64,000 bases of DNA from an uncultured Pseudomonadota bacterium (lineage in GTDB: Bacteria; Pseudomonadota; Alphaproteobacteria; Rs-D84; CACZYB01): NCBI GenBank assembly GCA_902785275.1, contig CACZYB010000004.1:1-64000 (forward strand), in the 5' to 3' direction. Below, piece after piece: positions 45,695-55,999 of the stretch. Made by a program: the position numbers and the translations under genes. Each line of letters opens with the position of its first letter. The first letter of the stretch is position 1. Below the pieces are notes generated by a model that saw nothing but the letters and a program-made list of their open reading frames with translations, ran no database searches and was not told the DNA's origin.

Positions 45695-46888
45695 ATGAGT
45701 GATTTTAAAAAATATTTCCCAATTTTTAAACAAAATTCAAATATTGTTTATTTGGATAGTGGTGCAAGTGCTCAGAAACCCTCTTGTGTTTTGGATGGAA
45801 TGAGCAAGTTTTATTCTGAGACTTATGCTAATATCCATAGAGGACTTTATGCCTTTTCTGAAAAATCGACAGAGATGTATGATGAAGTGCGCGAAAAAGT
45901 TGCAAAGTTTATTGGTGCAAACTCTTCATCCGAGATTATTTTTACAAAGGGTACAACCGAGGCAATAAATTTGGTTGCGTCATCTTTTGGGCGACTTTTG
46001 AAAACTGATGATGAAATCATTGTAAGTGAGGTGGAGCATCATTCAAATCTTCTTCCATGGAAAAATTTGGAAGAAACTGTTGGGGTTAAGGTTAAATATT
46101 TACCTGTGTTGAATGATGGTGTGTTGGATTATGATTGGCTTAAACAAAATATTTCTGAGAAGACAAAGCTTGTTTGTGTAACTGGTCAATCGAATGTTTT
46201 GGGACTTAAAAATGATGTAAAGAAGATTGTTGAGGTTGCACATTCGGTTGGGGCAAAGGTTTTGATTGATGGTGCACAGCTTACTGTTCATTCAAAAGTT
46301 GATGTTAGTTTGTGGAATGTGGATTTTTATGTTTTTTCAGGGCATAAAATTTATGGTCCAACAGGTATTGGTGTTTTGTATGGAAAGTATGAACTTTTGG
46401 ATGTGATGCCACCGTATCAATTTGGTGGGGATATGGTTGAAAGCGTTTCTTTTGATGATGTTGTTTTCAAACCTGTTCCATCAAAGTTTGAGGCTGGAAC
46501 TCCTCCTATTGCTGAGGTGGTTGGACTTGGGTATGCGATTGACTTTCTTCAATCTGTTGGTATGGATGAAATTGAAAAGCATGGTCGTGTTTTGACTGAA
46601 TATTTGCTTGAAAAACTTTTGAAGATTGATGGTGTAAAATTATTAAGTTCAAAAGATTCAAATTCAATTGTTTCATTTGTGATTGATGGAGTTTCATCGT
46701 TTGATATTGGTTTAATGCTTGGTCAAAAGGGTGTTTGTGTACGTGTTGGAAAACATTGTGCGGAACCTTTGCATAAACGTTTGGGTGTCGAAAGCTCTAT
46801 TCGTGTATCTTTTGGTATATATAATGATGAAAGTGATGTGGATAAATTTATTGAAGCATTGAATAAAGTTTTGAATATGTTGAGGTAG
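45695..46888 (+). CDS. sufS: Cysteine desulfurase SufS
   Basis: YLDSGASAQKP, NIHRG, EHHSN, SGHKIYGPTG, FEAGTP, RVGKHCAEP. Confidence 0.95.
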   Translation: MSDFKKYFPIFKQNSNIVYLDSGASAQKPSCVLDGMSKFYSETYANIHRGLYAFSEKSTEMYDEVREKVAKFIGANSSSEIIFTKGTTEAINLVASSFGRLLKTDDEIIVSEVEHHSNLLPWKNLEETVGVKVKYLPVLNDGVLDYDWLKQNISEKTKLVCVTGQSNVLGLKNDVKKIVEVAHSVGAKVLIDGAQLTVHSKVDVSLWNVDFYVFSGHKIYGPTGIGVLYGKYELLDVMPPYQFGGDMVESVSFDDVVFKPVPSKFEAGTPPIAEVVGLGYAIDFLQSVGMDEIEKHGRVLTEYLLEKLLKIDGVKLLSSKDSNSIVSFVIDGVSSFDIGLMLGQKGVCVRVGKHCAEPLHKRLGVESSIRVSFGIYNDESDVDKFIEALNKVLNMLR

Positions 46889-46895
46889 TTTTATT

Positions 46896-47438
46896 ATGTT
46901 CGGACGAAAGAAAGTTGAAGAAAAAAAAGTTGATGTGAAAAATGTCGTTAAGCAAGATTTATCCGTTGATGAAAAATTGGATGTAAAAACGTCTGTTGAA
47001 GAAGAAAAAATCAAAATTGATGCGGATATAAAAGAACTTAAAGATATTATTATTCATAGGGGAAAGCCGTTAGAAAAAAAACAAAAACCTTTGAAAAAAA
47101 AGGATGCAGTTATTGCTGCGCTTCAACTTGTTTTTGATCCGGAAATAAGGGTTGATGTTTATAATCTTGGCCTTATATATGATGTTGATTTGGATAAAAA
47201 GACAGGTAATGTAAAAATTGTGATGACCCTTACTTCGCCTACTTGTCCTATGGCGGATGAGATTCCAATTTGGGTGGCGGAAAGTGTTGAGGCTGTTGAT
47301 GGTGTTGCTGAAGTTGAGGTAAAGGTTATTTGGGATCCTGCTTGGGATTTATCAAAGATGTCAGAAGAGGCAAAATTCCAGATGGAAATTGCCGAATTTG
47401 ATAATAGCTTTTTTATGCGTGACCCATTTGAATTTTAG
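46896..47438 (+). CDS. sufT: SufT / DUF59 Fe-S assembly protein
   Basis: DPEI...LGLIY...TLTSPTCP...WDPAW. Confidence 0.88.
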   Translation: MFGRKKVEEKKVDVKNVVKQDLSVDEKLDVKTSVEEEKIKIDADIKELKDIIIHRGKPLEKKQKPLKKKDAVIAALQLVFDPEIRVDVYNLGLIYDVDLDKKTGNVKIVMTLTSPTCPMADEIPIWVAESVEAVDGVAEVEVKVIWDPAWDLSKMSEEAKFQMEIAEFDNSFFMRDPFEF

Positions 47439-50170
47439 GCAATAACTTCTTTCAAAATAATGTAAATTTTTCCAATATCTGTGGATGTGAGTGTTGTAAC
47501 CAAGATATCACTTTTATCAGTTGTTGATGCTTTTAATATTATGTTATTAAATTCTGCAACAAATGATTTTATATGAGTTGCCAAATTCGAATCTTTTGCA
47601 ATTAAGTTTTGTAGGGCAGATACTTGTTTTCTGTCGAGCATTTTTGCAAGATAGCGAGAGAAGACATTTTTGTGTCCGGCATTATATCTGTTCCATAAAT
47701 CTTGGCTTACATCAGGGCTTAGAATTTGAGAAATATCAATTGAAATAGAATTTAATTTTTCAATGATAAAGCCAGCTTCGTTTAAGAAATTTTCTGTTGA
47801 AACACTAGGAGCTTTTGTTTGTTGAACTGGCTTTTGTTGTTTTGATAATGCTTCAACTGCTTCGTATTGAAGTTTGAATTCAGAAAGTGATTTTTGTGCT
47901 TCTTCACTAAGTTTATTTGTATAGTTTGCAATTTTTGTAATTGATTGTGCAGAAGCATTTGATATGAAATCAAGTTCTGATGATTTTTCACTTACAAATT
48001 TAGAGAATTGTTTTTCAATGTTTGAAAGGTTTTCAATTAGTTCGGCAGTCTTTTTATTTGTAAGATTTATTGAACTTTCAATACTTGAATTTGTGTTTTG
48101 TAAGTTTGTATCTATTGCAGAAATATGTGAGTTTAATTCAGGCAAAGATTGTGATGCTCGAATAAGTTCGGATGATATATTTCCAACCAATTCTCTGGTT
48201 GATTTTGATGTGTTATCAAGAGTTAAGGTTTCTTGTTTCAAATCAGAAATAAGTTTTGAAATTTCACTGTTTGAACGCATAGAATTTTCAAAGAATGTTG
48301 ATGCAATACCTTTGAAATTGTCGGTTGATGATACACTGCGTTCTATGGCTTCGTTTATGATTTTTGCAGCCTGTGAACTCTTTTGTAAAATTGCATCGTT
48401 TATTGCATTTAACTTTGCATCTATTTGACCACCAAGGTTTAAGATGTTGTTTGTTGTTGATGAAATCTTTCCATTCATAGAACTGATTTTTATCATTAAG
48501 TTTTCTGTTATATCAGAAAGTTTTTTACCTTGTGTTTCAATGGAAAGTTCACCAAGGCGGCTTTGTGCAGCAACACTGTTCGCAACTTCTTCAAGTTCGC
48601 CAATTTCGTTTCTTAAAGTATCCTTTATTTCACTTGCAACCTTAAGTGTAATTGTTGCTTGGTTACTTAAATTATGGCTTGAGTTAGTCATAAGTTCATT
48701 AATTTCTTTTGCTGCATTTTTGATCGTATCGGATGTTGAAATAATTTCACCAGAAGATACCTTCATTTCAGATGTAGTATTTTGTGCAATATCTTTTATA
48801 TCGGAAATTGATGATATGAAGTTATTTTTTTCAGCAAGAATTTTTTCGGAAACATTGTTGATGTTCTCTGCAACTTCGCTTGATGTTGTGAAAAGATTTT
48901 CTTTTTGATTATTGATTTCTTGTGCAATATTTTTGAAATGATTTATTATATTTTCGGAAACCAAACCAATACCTTTATCAATATGTGTAAATTTATCTTC
49001 GGCTTGACTTACTATACTTAAGATAGAATTTGAATTGTTTTCAAAACGAGAAGCTTGCTTTTGTAAATTTGCAATCATATTGTTTGATTGTTCGGTTATA
49101 AGCGCAAGAGTTTCTTTTGATGTTGTTTCGTTTTCTTTTGTAATACGTTCAATAGTGTCGACTGAATTTGTTATGTTATTCATAACAGAATTTACACGTT
49201 CGGCAGAAATATTTGCTTTTGTTACGAATTCTGCAGACTTTGTTGAAACTGTATCAAGAATTTGATTTGCACGAGTTTCGGCAATTTCTGATGATGAAAG
49301 AATTCTTTCGTTTATTGTATCGAATGTTGCTTCAACATCCTTTATTCTCTTTATCGCATCAGTTGTAGAGTTATCAATATTATCAGAATTTGTATCAATA
49401 GTTTTTGAGATTGCCTCAACAATTTCGGCAGTCTTTCTTATAGTATTTTCAAGTCTGTCTGTTTCAGTTAAAAGATTTTCTGTTATATTATTTGTTTTCT
49501 TTTCTGCTGTATCAGTTGTATCATTAAGTGTTGCGATATGTTTTTCAATATCGGATAAGATATCCTTTGTTTTTACACTTACAGAATCAGTTGTGTTATT
49601 TAATTCTGTTGTTATAGATTTTACAGATGTTTCGTGTTTCTTTATTGCATCAATGGTATTTTTTACCTGGTTTTCGATGTTTGTATGGATTGATGCAAGT
49701 TTTTCAGAGTAATCAACAAACTTATCAATTGTCTTTTTAAGTTCGTTTGTTTCTGTTTCAATTTTTTTTGTAATAACTTTTGTTATAACAGAAGTATCAC
49801 CATGTGGGTCAATAATACTTTGCAAAAATGGATAAATAACTTTGTGTTCATAGTTTGAATTGATATTTCTATCAATATACATGGCAACCATCCATATAAA
49901 ACCAATAGGCATTATGGTTCCGGCTAAGAACCCACCGAATTCATGAGGAAGCATTTTGAAAAATGATGACCAGTTATAAACACTGTTGCTTGCGTAATAC
50001 CAGATAAGACCTATCCATATAACGCTTAGGATTAATGCAGAAAAATATATGTATATTGGATTGATTTTTCTGTATCCATATTGTTTGTTAAAATCATCAT
50101 ACTTTGATTTCAAAGTTGAAAATTCTTCGTTATCTCTTTTTTCGCCTTGTAATAAAATATTTTTACTCAT
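47435..50170 (-). CDS. Two-TM, long coiled-coil protein resembling alphaproteobacterial polar landmarks (TipN / GPR-RgsE-like)
   Basis: Two N-terminal TM helices, about 700 aa helical repeat region, C-terminal LNSISIDI...LWNRY..G...FSR...GKIY..L motif. Confidence 0.65.
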   Translation of the reverse strand: MSKNILLQGEKRDNEEFSTLKSKYDDFNKQYGYRKINPIYIYFSALILSVIWIGLIWYYASNSVYNWSSFFKMLPHEFGGFLAGTIMPIGFIWMVAMYIDRNINSNYEHKVIYPFLQSIIDPHGDTSVITKVITKKIETETNELKKTIDKFVDYSEKLASIHTNIENQVKNTIDAIKKHETSVKSITTELNNTTDSVSVKTKDILSDIEKHIATLNDTTDTAEKKTNNITENLLTETDRLENTIRKTAEIVEAISKTIDTNSDNIDNSTTDAIKRIKDVEATFDTINERILSSSEIAETRANQILDTVSTKSAEFVTKANISAERVNSVMNNITNSVDTIERITKENETTSKETLALITEQSNNMIANLQKQASRFENNSNSILSIVSQAEDKFTHIDKGIGLVSENIINHFKNIAQEINNQKENLFTTSSEVAENINNVSEKILAEKNNFISSISDIKDIAQNTTSEMKVSSGEIISTSDTIKNAAKEINELMTNSSHNLSNQATITLKVASEIKDTLRNEIGELEEVANSVAAQSRLGELSIETQGKKLSDITENLMIKISSMNGKISSTTNNILNLGGQIDAKLNAINDAILQKSSQAAKIINEAIERSVSSTDNFKGIASTFFENSMRSNSEISKLISDLKQETLTLDNTSKSTRELVGNISSELIRASQSLPELNSHISAIDTNLQNTNSSIESSINLTNKKTAELIENLSNIEKQFSKFVSEKSSELDFISNASAQSITKIANYTNKLSEEAQKSLSEFKLQYEAVEALSKQQKPVQQTKAPSVSTENFLNEAGFIIEKLNSISIDISQILSPDVSQDLWNRYNAGHKNVFSRYLAKMLDRKQVSALQNLIAKDSNLATHIKSFVAEFNNIILKASTTDKSDILVTTLTSTDIGKIYIILKEVIA

Positions 50171-50248
50171 TTTTTTGTTGCCCCTATGATTTTCATATTG
50201 TATCATATTTTTGTGATTAACACAAGATTTTGTTTTTATGGAGGAAAT

Positions 50249-51565
50249 ATGAATAAATTTTTGTTTACTATTTTTTCATTAGTCGTTTTTTCGCAGGTTG
50301 CTTTTTCTGCGGATAATGTAGACTATAACAAGCCTTTTGATGAAATAAAAACTCAAGTTCCTGATTTTGATCAAAGACATAGTTTGATGCCTGTGGAGGT
50401 TAAACCTTTAAATAAAGAATCTGGTACAGAAAAAAGAGATGTCGGTGTAGAGAATAAAGAATCTGGAAATAAGTTAAAAGAATCTGGAAATAAGTTAAAA
50501 GAATCATCTGCTATTGAAAATAAAGAAGATAAAAATCTTTTGGTTGAGAATAAAACAGAAGTTCAAAAAGCTGATCCTATAAAAATAGAGAAAGATAAAA
50601 CTTTGTCTGAACAGAAAGTTGTCGTAACTGAACAAATAAAACCTGTTTATGTCGTTCCTTCTGCTTTCCCTGAAGAGGATAAAAAGGCAATTGAAGATGC
50701 AAAAAATGATTTGAAACAGAATTTGAATAAAGCTCATGTTGATGATGACGATGATGAGGAGAAAGATACAAAGACTGTGGCTAAAACTAATATTGAAACA
50801 AAGTCTGATGAAAAGAAGGTAGGTGAAGTAAAAGATGAAAAAATAGAAGTTGCAAAATCAACAGAAAATGAACCATTCGTTTTGAAACAAATTCCAGAAA
50901 AAAAATTTGATGGTAATGATATAATTTTTTCAAACATTATTGAAGAGAAGGTTGGGGCGGTGGAAACTCATCCTTTGATTATTTCTTCTAAAAATAAATT
51001 AGAGAAAAAAGAAGATAGTGAAGAAAAGTTGGCTGGTGTTGATACGGTTTCTAAACCTGTGGAGCAAGTTCCTACTTATGTTCCAACACCCGCTATTAAT
51101 TCATCAAAGAATGCAGCATATTTGGATGAAAATTTTGCTGCAAATGGACATCCGGAACTTTTGCTTCCTAAGAATATGAATACCGAAGAAAAGAAGAAAG
51201 AAGTTATTTTGGATAATGTGGTTAATCCTTTGGTAAAAAAGAATGCAACTTTGAGTAAAAAAGAGGCTTCTTTGGATACTGTTTCTGAACGAAAGAATAT
51301 TGTAAAATCAGTCCCTGAAATAGAAAAAGATGTTTTGGTTGCTCATATTGCATCATATACAACTGAAGAAACAGCAAAAAGAGGTGTTGAAATTTGGAAA
51401 GAAAAGTATCCTTTGATAACAATATTACATCCTTTTATTAAATATGAAAATGTTGAAGGAAAGGGTATGTTTTATCGTGTTTTTGTAAAGGGAAACGAAG
51501 CAAAACTTGAAAACCTTTGCAATTTGATGAAAAGTAACAAAGATTGGTGTAATATTTTAAGATAA
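50249..51565 (+). CDS. Exported SPOR-domain protein with long low-complexity linker
   Basis: RBS GGAGG, signal peptide AFS|A, C-terminal AHIASY...KGMFYRV...LCNLMK....WC. Confidence 0.78.
   Translation: MNKFLFTIFSLVVFSQVAFSADNVDYNKPFDEIKTQVPDFDQRHSLMPVEVKPLNKESGTEKRDVGVENKESGNKLKESGNKLKESSAIENKEDKNLLVENKTEVQKADPIKIEKDKTLSEQKVVVTEQIKPVYVVPSAFPEEDKKAIEDAKNDLKQNLNKAHVDDDDDEEKDTKTVAKTNIETKSDEKKVGEVKDEKIEVAKSTENEPFVLKQIPEKKFDGNDIIFSNIIEEKVGAVETHPLIISSKNKLEKKEDSEEKLAGVDTVSKPVEQVPTYVPTPAINSSKNAAYLDENFAANGHPELLLPKNMNTEEKKKEVILDNVVNPLVKKNATLSKKEASLDTVSERKNIVKSVPEIEKDVLVAHIASYTTEETAKRGVEIWKEKYPLITILHPFIKYENVEGKGMFYRVFVKGNEAKLENLCNLMKSNKDWCNILR
50456..50505 (+). repeat. 21-bp tandem coding repeat (KESGNKL, about 2.4 copies)
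   Basis: aaagaatctggaaataagtta twice, then aaagaatc. Confidence 0.85.
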
Positions 51566-51637
51566 AAACTTTTCTTGCTTATAATTTTAAAAGGTGCTAT
51601 CTTATCTCCTATACACAAAATAACAAAGGAGATAATT

Positions 51638-53248
51638 ATGACAGTAATAAAAGTAGAAACAAAACCTTTTGAAAATCAGAAACCTGGTACAGGTGGTTTA
51701 AGAAAACAAACAAAAGTTTTTATGGAACCAAATTATCTTGAAAATTTTGTTCAGGCTTCTGTTAGTGTAAGAAAAAATAATGGCGATATCCTTAACAGTT
51801 GGGTTGTTGGTGGAGATGGAAGATATCCTGGTAAACAAGTTCTTGGTAAGATTATAAAAATACTTGTTGCAAATGGTATTAAAAAAGTTTTGGTTGTTGG
51901 TCGTGATTTGATTGCTCCTACACCTGCAATTTCTAATATTATCAAAAAATACAATACTGATGGTGGATTTATTCTTTCTGCTTCACATAATCCTGGTGGT
52001 ATAAATGGTGATTTTGGTATTAAGGTTGAAATGAGCAATGGTGGTGGTGCACCAGAAGTTATCACAAATGCAATTTACGATGAAACAAAAGTTATTAAGG
52101 AATATTTGAGTTTGGATATTTCTGATGAAGATGCATTGAATCTTCCGGAAGTAGAATATCTTGATCCAATAAAAGATTACGCTGATTTAATGGAATCTAT
52201 GTTTGATTTTGATGCAATTCGTGATTGGTTTAAGGCTGGTCATACATTCCGCTTTAATGCAATGAATGCGTCAACTGGTCCATCGGCTGTTGAAATATTT
52301 GTAAACAGACTTGGTGCAAAACGTGAATGGATTTTAAATTCTATTCCTATGGATGATTTTGGTGGTGTACATCCAGAACCAAATCCAACATATGCAAAGG
52401 ATTTCTTTGATGATATGATGAATGGTATGGCAGATTTTGGTTGTGCATGTGATGGCGATGGTGATAGAAATATGATACTTGGAAACAAGTTCTATGTTAT
52501 ACCATCTGATTGCTTGGCAATTATGACAAAGTATCACAAGCTTGTTCCATATTACAAAAATGGACTTTCTGGTGTTGCAAGATCAATCCCAACTTCAAGT
52601 TCAGTTGATAGAGTAGCAAAGAGTATGGGGCTTGATGTGTATAACACACCTACTGGTTGGAAGTTCTTTGCAAGTCTTCTTGATGCTGGAAAGATAAATC
52701 TTTGTGGTGAAGAAAGCTTTGGTCAAGGTGGTGATTATATTCGTGAAAAAGATGGTATTTTTGCGATACTTTTCTGGCTTAATATTTTGGCTCGTACTGG
52801 TAAAACTGTGGAAGAATTGGTTAGAGAAATGTGGAATGAAAATGGCCGTATTTTCTACTCTCAATACAGTTATGAAGGTGTGGATAAGGAAAAGGCAACA
52901 AAGCTTTGGGAAGATATGAAAGTTGCAAATATTGACGGTAAAAAATATGGTAACTTTGAAATCTCTAAAAAAGAAGTTTTTGATTATACCGATCCTGTTA
53001 ATGGTGAAGTTTCAAAGGCGCAAGGTGTGCAGATTTTGACCAAAGATAATGTAAGAATTTTCTTCAGGCTTTCTGGTACTGGTACTGTTGGTGCAACAAT
53101 CAGACTTTATATTGAAAAATATGAAAATGATGCATCAAAATTCTCTTTGCCTGCACGTGAATATTTGAAAGATATTTATGTTCTTGTTGATGAAATTTTG
53201 GGTATAAAGGAAATATTTGGTGATATAAAACCAAGTGCAATAAATTAA
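51638..53248 (+). CDS. pgm: Phosphoglucomutase (alpha-D-glucose phosphate-specific)
   Basis: QKPGTGGLRK, ILSASHNPGG, DGDGDRN, CGEESFG, RLSGTG; RBS AAGGAG. Confidence 0.95.
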   Translation: MTVIKVETKPFENQKPGTGGLRKQTKVFMEPNYLENFVQASVSVRKNNGDILNSWVVGGDGRYPGKQVLGKIIKILVANGIKKVLVVGRDLIAPTPAISNIIKKYNTDGGFILSASHNPGGINGDFGIKVEMSNGGGAPEVITNAIYDETKVIKEYLSLDISDEDALNLPEVEYLDPIKDYADLMESMFDFDAIRDWFKAGHTFRFNAMNASTGPSAVEIFVNRLGAKREWILNSIPMDDFGGVHPEPNPTYAKDFFDDMMNGMADFGCACDGDGDRNMILGNKFYVIPSDCLAIMTKYHKLVPYYKNGLSGVARSIPTSSSVDRVAKSMGLDVYNTPTGWKFFASLLDAGKINLCGEESFGQGGDYIREKDGIFAILFWLNILARTGKTVEELVREMWNENGRIFYSQYSYEGVDKEKATKLWEDMKVANIDGKKYGNFEISKKEVFDYTDPVNGEVSKAQGVQILTKDNVRIFFRLSGTGTVGATIRLYIEKYENDASKFSLPAREYLKDIYVLVDEILGIKEIFGDIKPSAIN

Positions 53249-53266
53249 TGAAAAGGTTGGTAGTTT

Positions 53267-54649
53267 ATGTTTGAATCTTTATCAAAAAAATTGCTTAAAA
53301 CTTTTGATGCAATTCGTGGAAAGGATAAACTTTCTGAAGCTGATGTTAAAAATGCGTTAAGGGAAATAAAAATTGCTTTGTTAGAGGCGGATGTTTCCCT
53401 TTCTGTTGTAAAAGACTTTTTGAAACGAATTGAAGAAAAAGCTGTTGGGCAAAAAATTATTGAAGATGTAAGTCCAGCGAATCAAGTTGTAAAAATTGTT
53501 AATGATGAACTTGTTTCTATGCTTGGTGAAAAAAATGATGGTTTTAATTTTGACAAGAAACCTTTTATCATTTTGATGGCCGGACTTAATGGAAGTGGTA
53601 AAACTACAACTACCGCAAAACTTTCGAAATTTATTGCTGAGAAGTATTCAAAAAAAGTACTTATGCTTTCAACCGATGTTTATAGACCTCAGGCAAGAGA
53701 ACAACTTGCTGTTTGGGGTGAAAGAATTGGTGTTGATACTCTTTCTATTGTTCAGAATGAAACTCCATTTGATATTATAAAACGTGCGAAAAAAGTTTTT
53801 GCTGATTATGATGTCGTTTTGGTCGATACTGCTGGTCGTGTAAGCATTGACGATGAAATGATGAAGGAGATTTCAAAGATAAAATCTGAAATTTCTCCGA
53901 ATGAAATTTTGCTTTGTGTTGATGCTTTGGTTGGTCAGGATGGTATTAATATTGCAAATTCATTTAATGATGCCTTGTCATTGACTGGTATTGTTATGAC
54001 TAGAGTTGATGGTGATGCAAGGGGTGGTGTTGCCCTTTCTATGAAGACTGTTACTGGGGTGCCGGTAAAGTTTTTAGGAAGTGGTGAAAAAATTGATGAT
54101 ATAGAACTTTTCTTCCCTGATAGAATTGCAAGCCGAATCCTTGGGATGGGTGATATTGTTTCGTTGGTGGAAAAGGCGCAGGAAAAAATTGATGAGCAAG
54201 AAGCTGCTCGTCTTACTGAACGAATGATGTCTGGACAATTTACTTTTGAAGATATGCTTGCTCAGTTTAAACAGGTTAAAAGACTTGGTTCCATTGGTGG
54301 AATTATGAAATTTCTTCCTGGTATTGGTGGATTGGCGGATAAACTTCAATCTGCGGGAATGAATGATGATATGATGAAAAGACAGGAAGCAATTATTCTT
54401 TCTATGACTCCAAAGGAACGCAGAAATCCTGATATTATTTTGATGGGGCGAAAAAAGCGTATTGCAAAAGGTGCGGGTGTTTCTGTTTCTGATGTGGAAA
54501 AACTTATTCGTCAATATCAAAAGACAAAATCTGTTATGGATCAAATGAATAGCATGGGCGGACTTAAAGGACTTATGAATATGGCAAAGCAACTTAAAGA
54601 TAGTGGCGAATTTGCAAATATGCCTGATTTAAGTGGTTTGAAGTTTTAG
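53267..54649 (+). CDS. ffh: Signal recognition particle protein Ffh
   Basis: ALLEADV, GSGKTTT, DTAGR, DGDARGG, RILGMGD, M domain. Confidence 0.97.
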   Translation: MFESLSKKLLKTFDAIRGKDKLSEADVKNALREIKIALLEADVSLSVVKDFLKRIEEKAVGQKIIEDVSPANQVVKIVNDELVSMLGEKNDGFNFDKKPFIILMAGLNGSGKTTTTAKLSKFIAEKYSKKVLMLSTDVYRPQAREQLAVWGERIGVDTLSIVQNETPFDIIKRAKKVFADYDVVLVDTAGRVSIDDEMMKEISKIKSEISPNEILLCVDALVGQDGINIANSFNDALSLTGIVMTRVDGDARGGVALSMKTVTGVPVKFLGSGEKIDDIELFFPDRIASRILGMGDIVSLVEKAQEKIDEQEAARLTERMMSGQFTFEDMLAQFKQVKRLGSIGGIMKFLPGIGGLADKLQSAGMNDDMMKRQEAIILSMTPKERRNPDIILMGRKKRIAKGAGVSVSDVEKLIRQYQKTKSVMDQMNSMGGLKGLMNMAKQLKDSGEFANMPDLSGLKF

Positions 54650-54661
54650 TTGGATTTTGTT

Positions 54662-55255
54662 ATGAAAAAGACTTTTTATTTAGTTCGTCATGGGCAAACA
54701 GAGTGGAATAAAATTGGTCGAATTCAGGGATTGACAGATATTCCTTTGAGTGATTTCGGTCAAAAGCAGGCTGGTGATATTGCAAAACATTTGCTTAAAG
54801 TTGGTGTTCCTATATCTTATATTTACACAAGTCCTCTTAAACGTGCAAGTATGACTGCGGATATTATTTCTGAAAAAATTGGGATTAATGTTAATAAAAG
54901 TCCTTTTTTGAAAGAGGTTTGTTTTGGTGATGCAGAAGGAAAGATTTATTCGGAATTACCTTCTCATCTTAAATCTCTTTTTGATGCAATTTTTGTTGGT
55001 GGAAGTAATGTTGGAAATGTGAATATGCGACTTTCCAATGCAGAAACTTTTGATGAAGTTTTTTCAAGATTTATTTCTTTTATGGATAGTGTTCCTGCGG
55101 ATGAAGATAATGTTTTGCTTGTTACTCATGGGGCATTTATAAAAATTGTTTTACTTAAGTTTTTAAGTGAGGATGTGCGAATCGGAAATTGTGCATGCTT
55201 TTCTTTTGAGTATGATACAGAAACAAAAGATATTGCAAAAGTGACTTGTATTTAA
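54662..55255 (+). CDS. Histidine phosphatase family protein
   Basis: LVRHGQT, SPLKRA, LLVTHG. Confidence 0.9.
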   Translation: MKKTFYLVRHGQTEWNKIGRIQGLTDIPLSDFGQKQAGDIAKHLLKVGVPISYIYTSPLKRASMTADIISEKIGINVNKSPFLKEVCFGDAEGKIYSELPSHLKSLFDAIFVGGSNVGNVNMRLSNAETFDEVFSRFISFMDSVPADEDNVLLVTHGAFIKIVLLKFLSEDVRIGNCACFSFEYDTETKDIAKVTCI

Positions 55256-55327
55256 ATAATTTTATATTTTGCTTGAAAAAATCATTTAAAGTATTATAAT
55301 GTATCTGTTTTTAGAGTTTCTACCTAT

Positions 55328-55418
55328 GCAGATGTGGCGGAACAGGTAGACGCAAGGGACTTAAAATCCCTCGGGCATTCAAACGTCCGTGCCGGTTCGA
55401 TTCCGGCCATCTGCACCA
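55328..55418 (+). tRNA. tRNA-Leu (anticodon TAA)
   Basis: Acceptor GCAGATG/CATCTGC, anticodon arm AGGGA-CT-TAA-AA-TCCCT, long variable arm, T-arm GCCGG-TTCGATT-CCGGC, encoded CCA. Confidence 0.97.
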
Positions 55419-55567
55419 ACTTAACTCATTGAATTTACTCACTTATTTATTTTAACTTTTTATAAAGTTTAAATTTTTATCTTTTGCAAAACACTTGTAA
55501 AAACAATAACTTAGCATTTTTGATGCTGTAAAAAGGTTAGGGGATTTTGCAAATGTTTAGCAACTGT

Positions 55568-55733
55568 ATGGCAAAGTGTATGGCAAAAACAAAAATTAAG
55601 CCACATTTATGGTTGAGGAACGGGGTTTTTATTGTAGAATGGAGTTATCTAGGGTAGAGGGCAAAAGAAGATATTTTTGTTATTCTTTTCATACAACAAA
55701 TTACTATGAAGTATATGATGAAAAGAATAGATA
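55568..55733 (+). pseudogene. Relic of a tyrosine-integrase N-terminal (DUF6538-like) domain
   Basis: MAKTKIKPHLWLRNGVF, a 1-nt deletion in the T-run 55626-55630, then YCRMELSRVEGKRRYFCYSFHTTNYYEV; 150 bp after tRNA-Leu. Confidence 0.55.
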
Positions 55734-55903
55734 GTTTTGAAAAAATGGAAAAAGCTTTATCGGAGTGTGTAAAAGATGGATTTACATCAATTCCTCTTGA
55801 AGATTGTAAAAAACATTTAGCGGAACAACGAAAAAAATCTGAAGTAGATAGTAGAAAATATATTGTTACTGAGGAACAACTTCAACGAAGATTTACTATA
55901 TAG
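55706..55903 (+). CDS. Short hypothetical ORF, probably a remnant of the same element
   Basis: 65-aa ORF overlapping the integrase relic; no motif recognised. Confidence 0.3.
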   Translation: MKYMMKRIDSFEKMEKALSECVKDGFTSIPLEDCKKHLAEQRKKSEVDSRKYIVTEEQLQRRFTI

Positions 55904-55999
55904 TTGTAGATTTTGTAATCTTGAATTTTTTTGTTATTGAAAATAGTGTGATTTTTAAATATTGCTAAAGCCTGATGTAAGGTTAAGAATTAATATATT

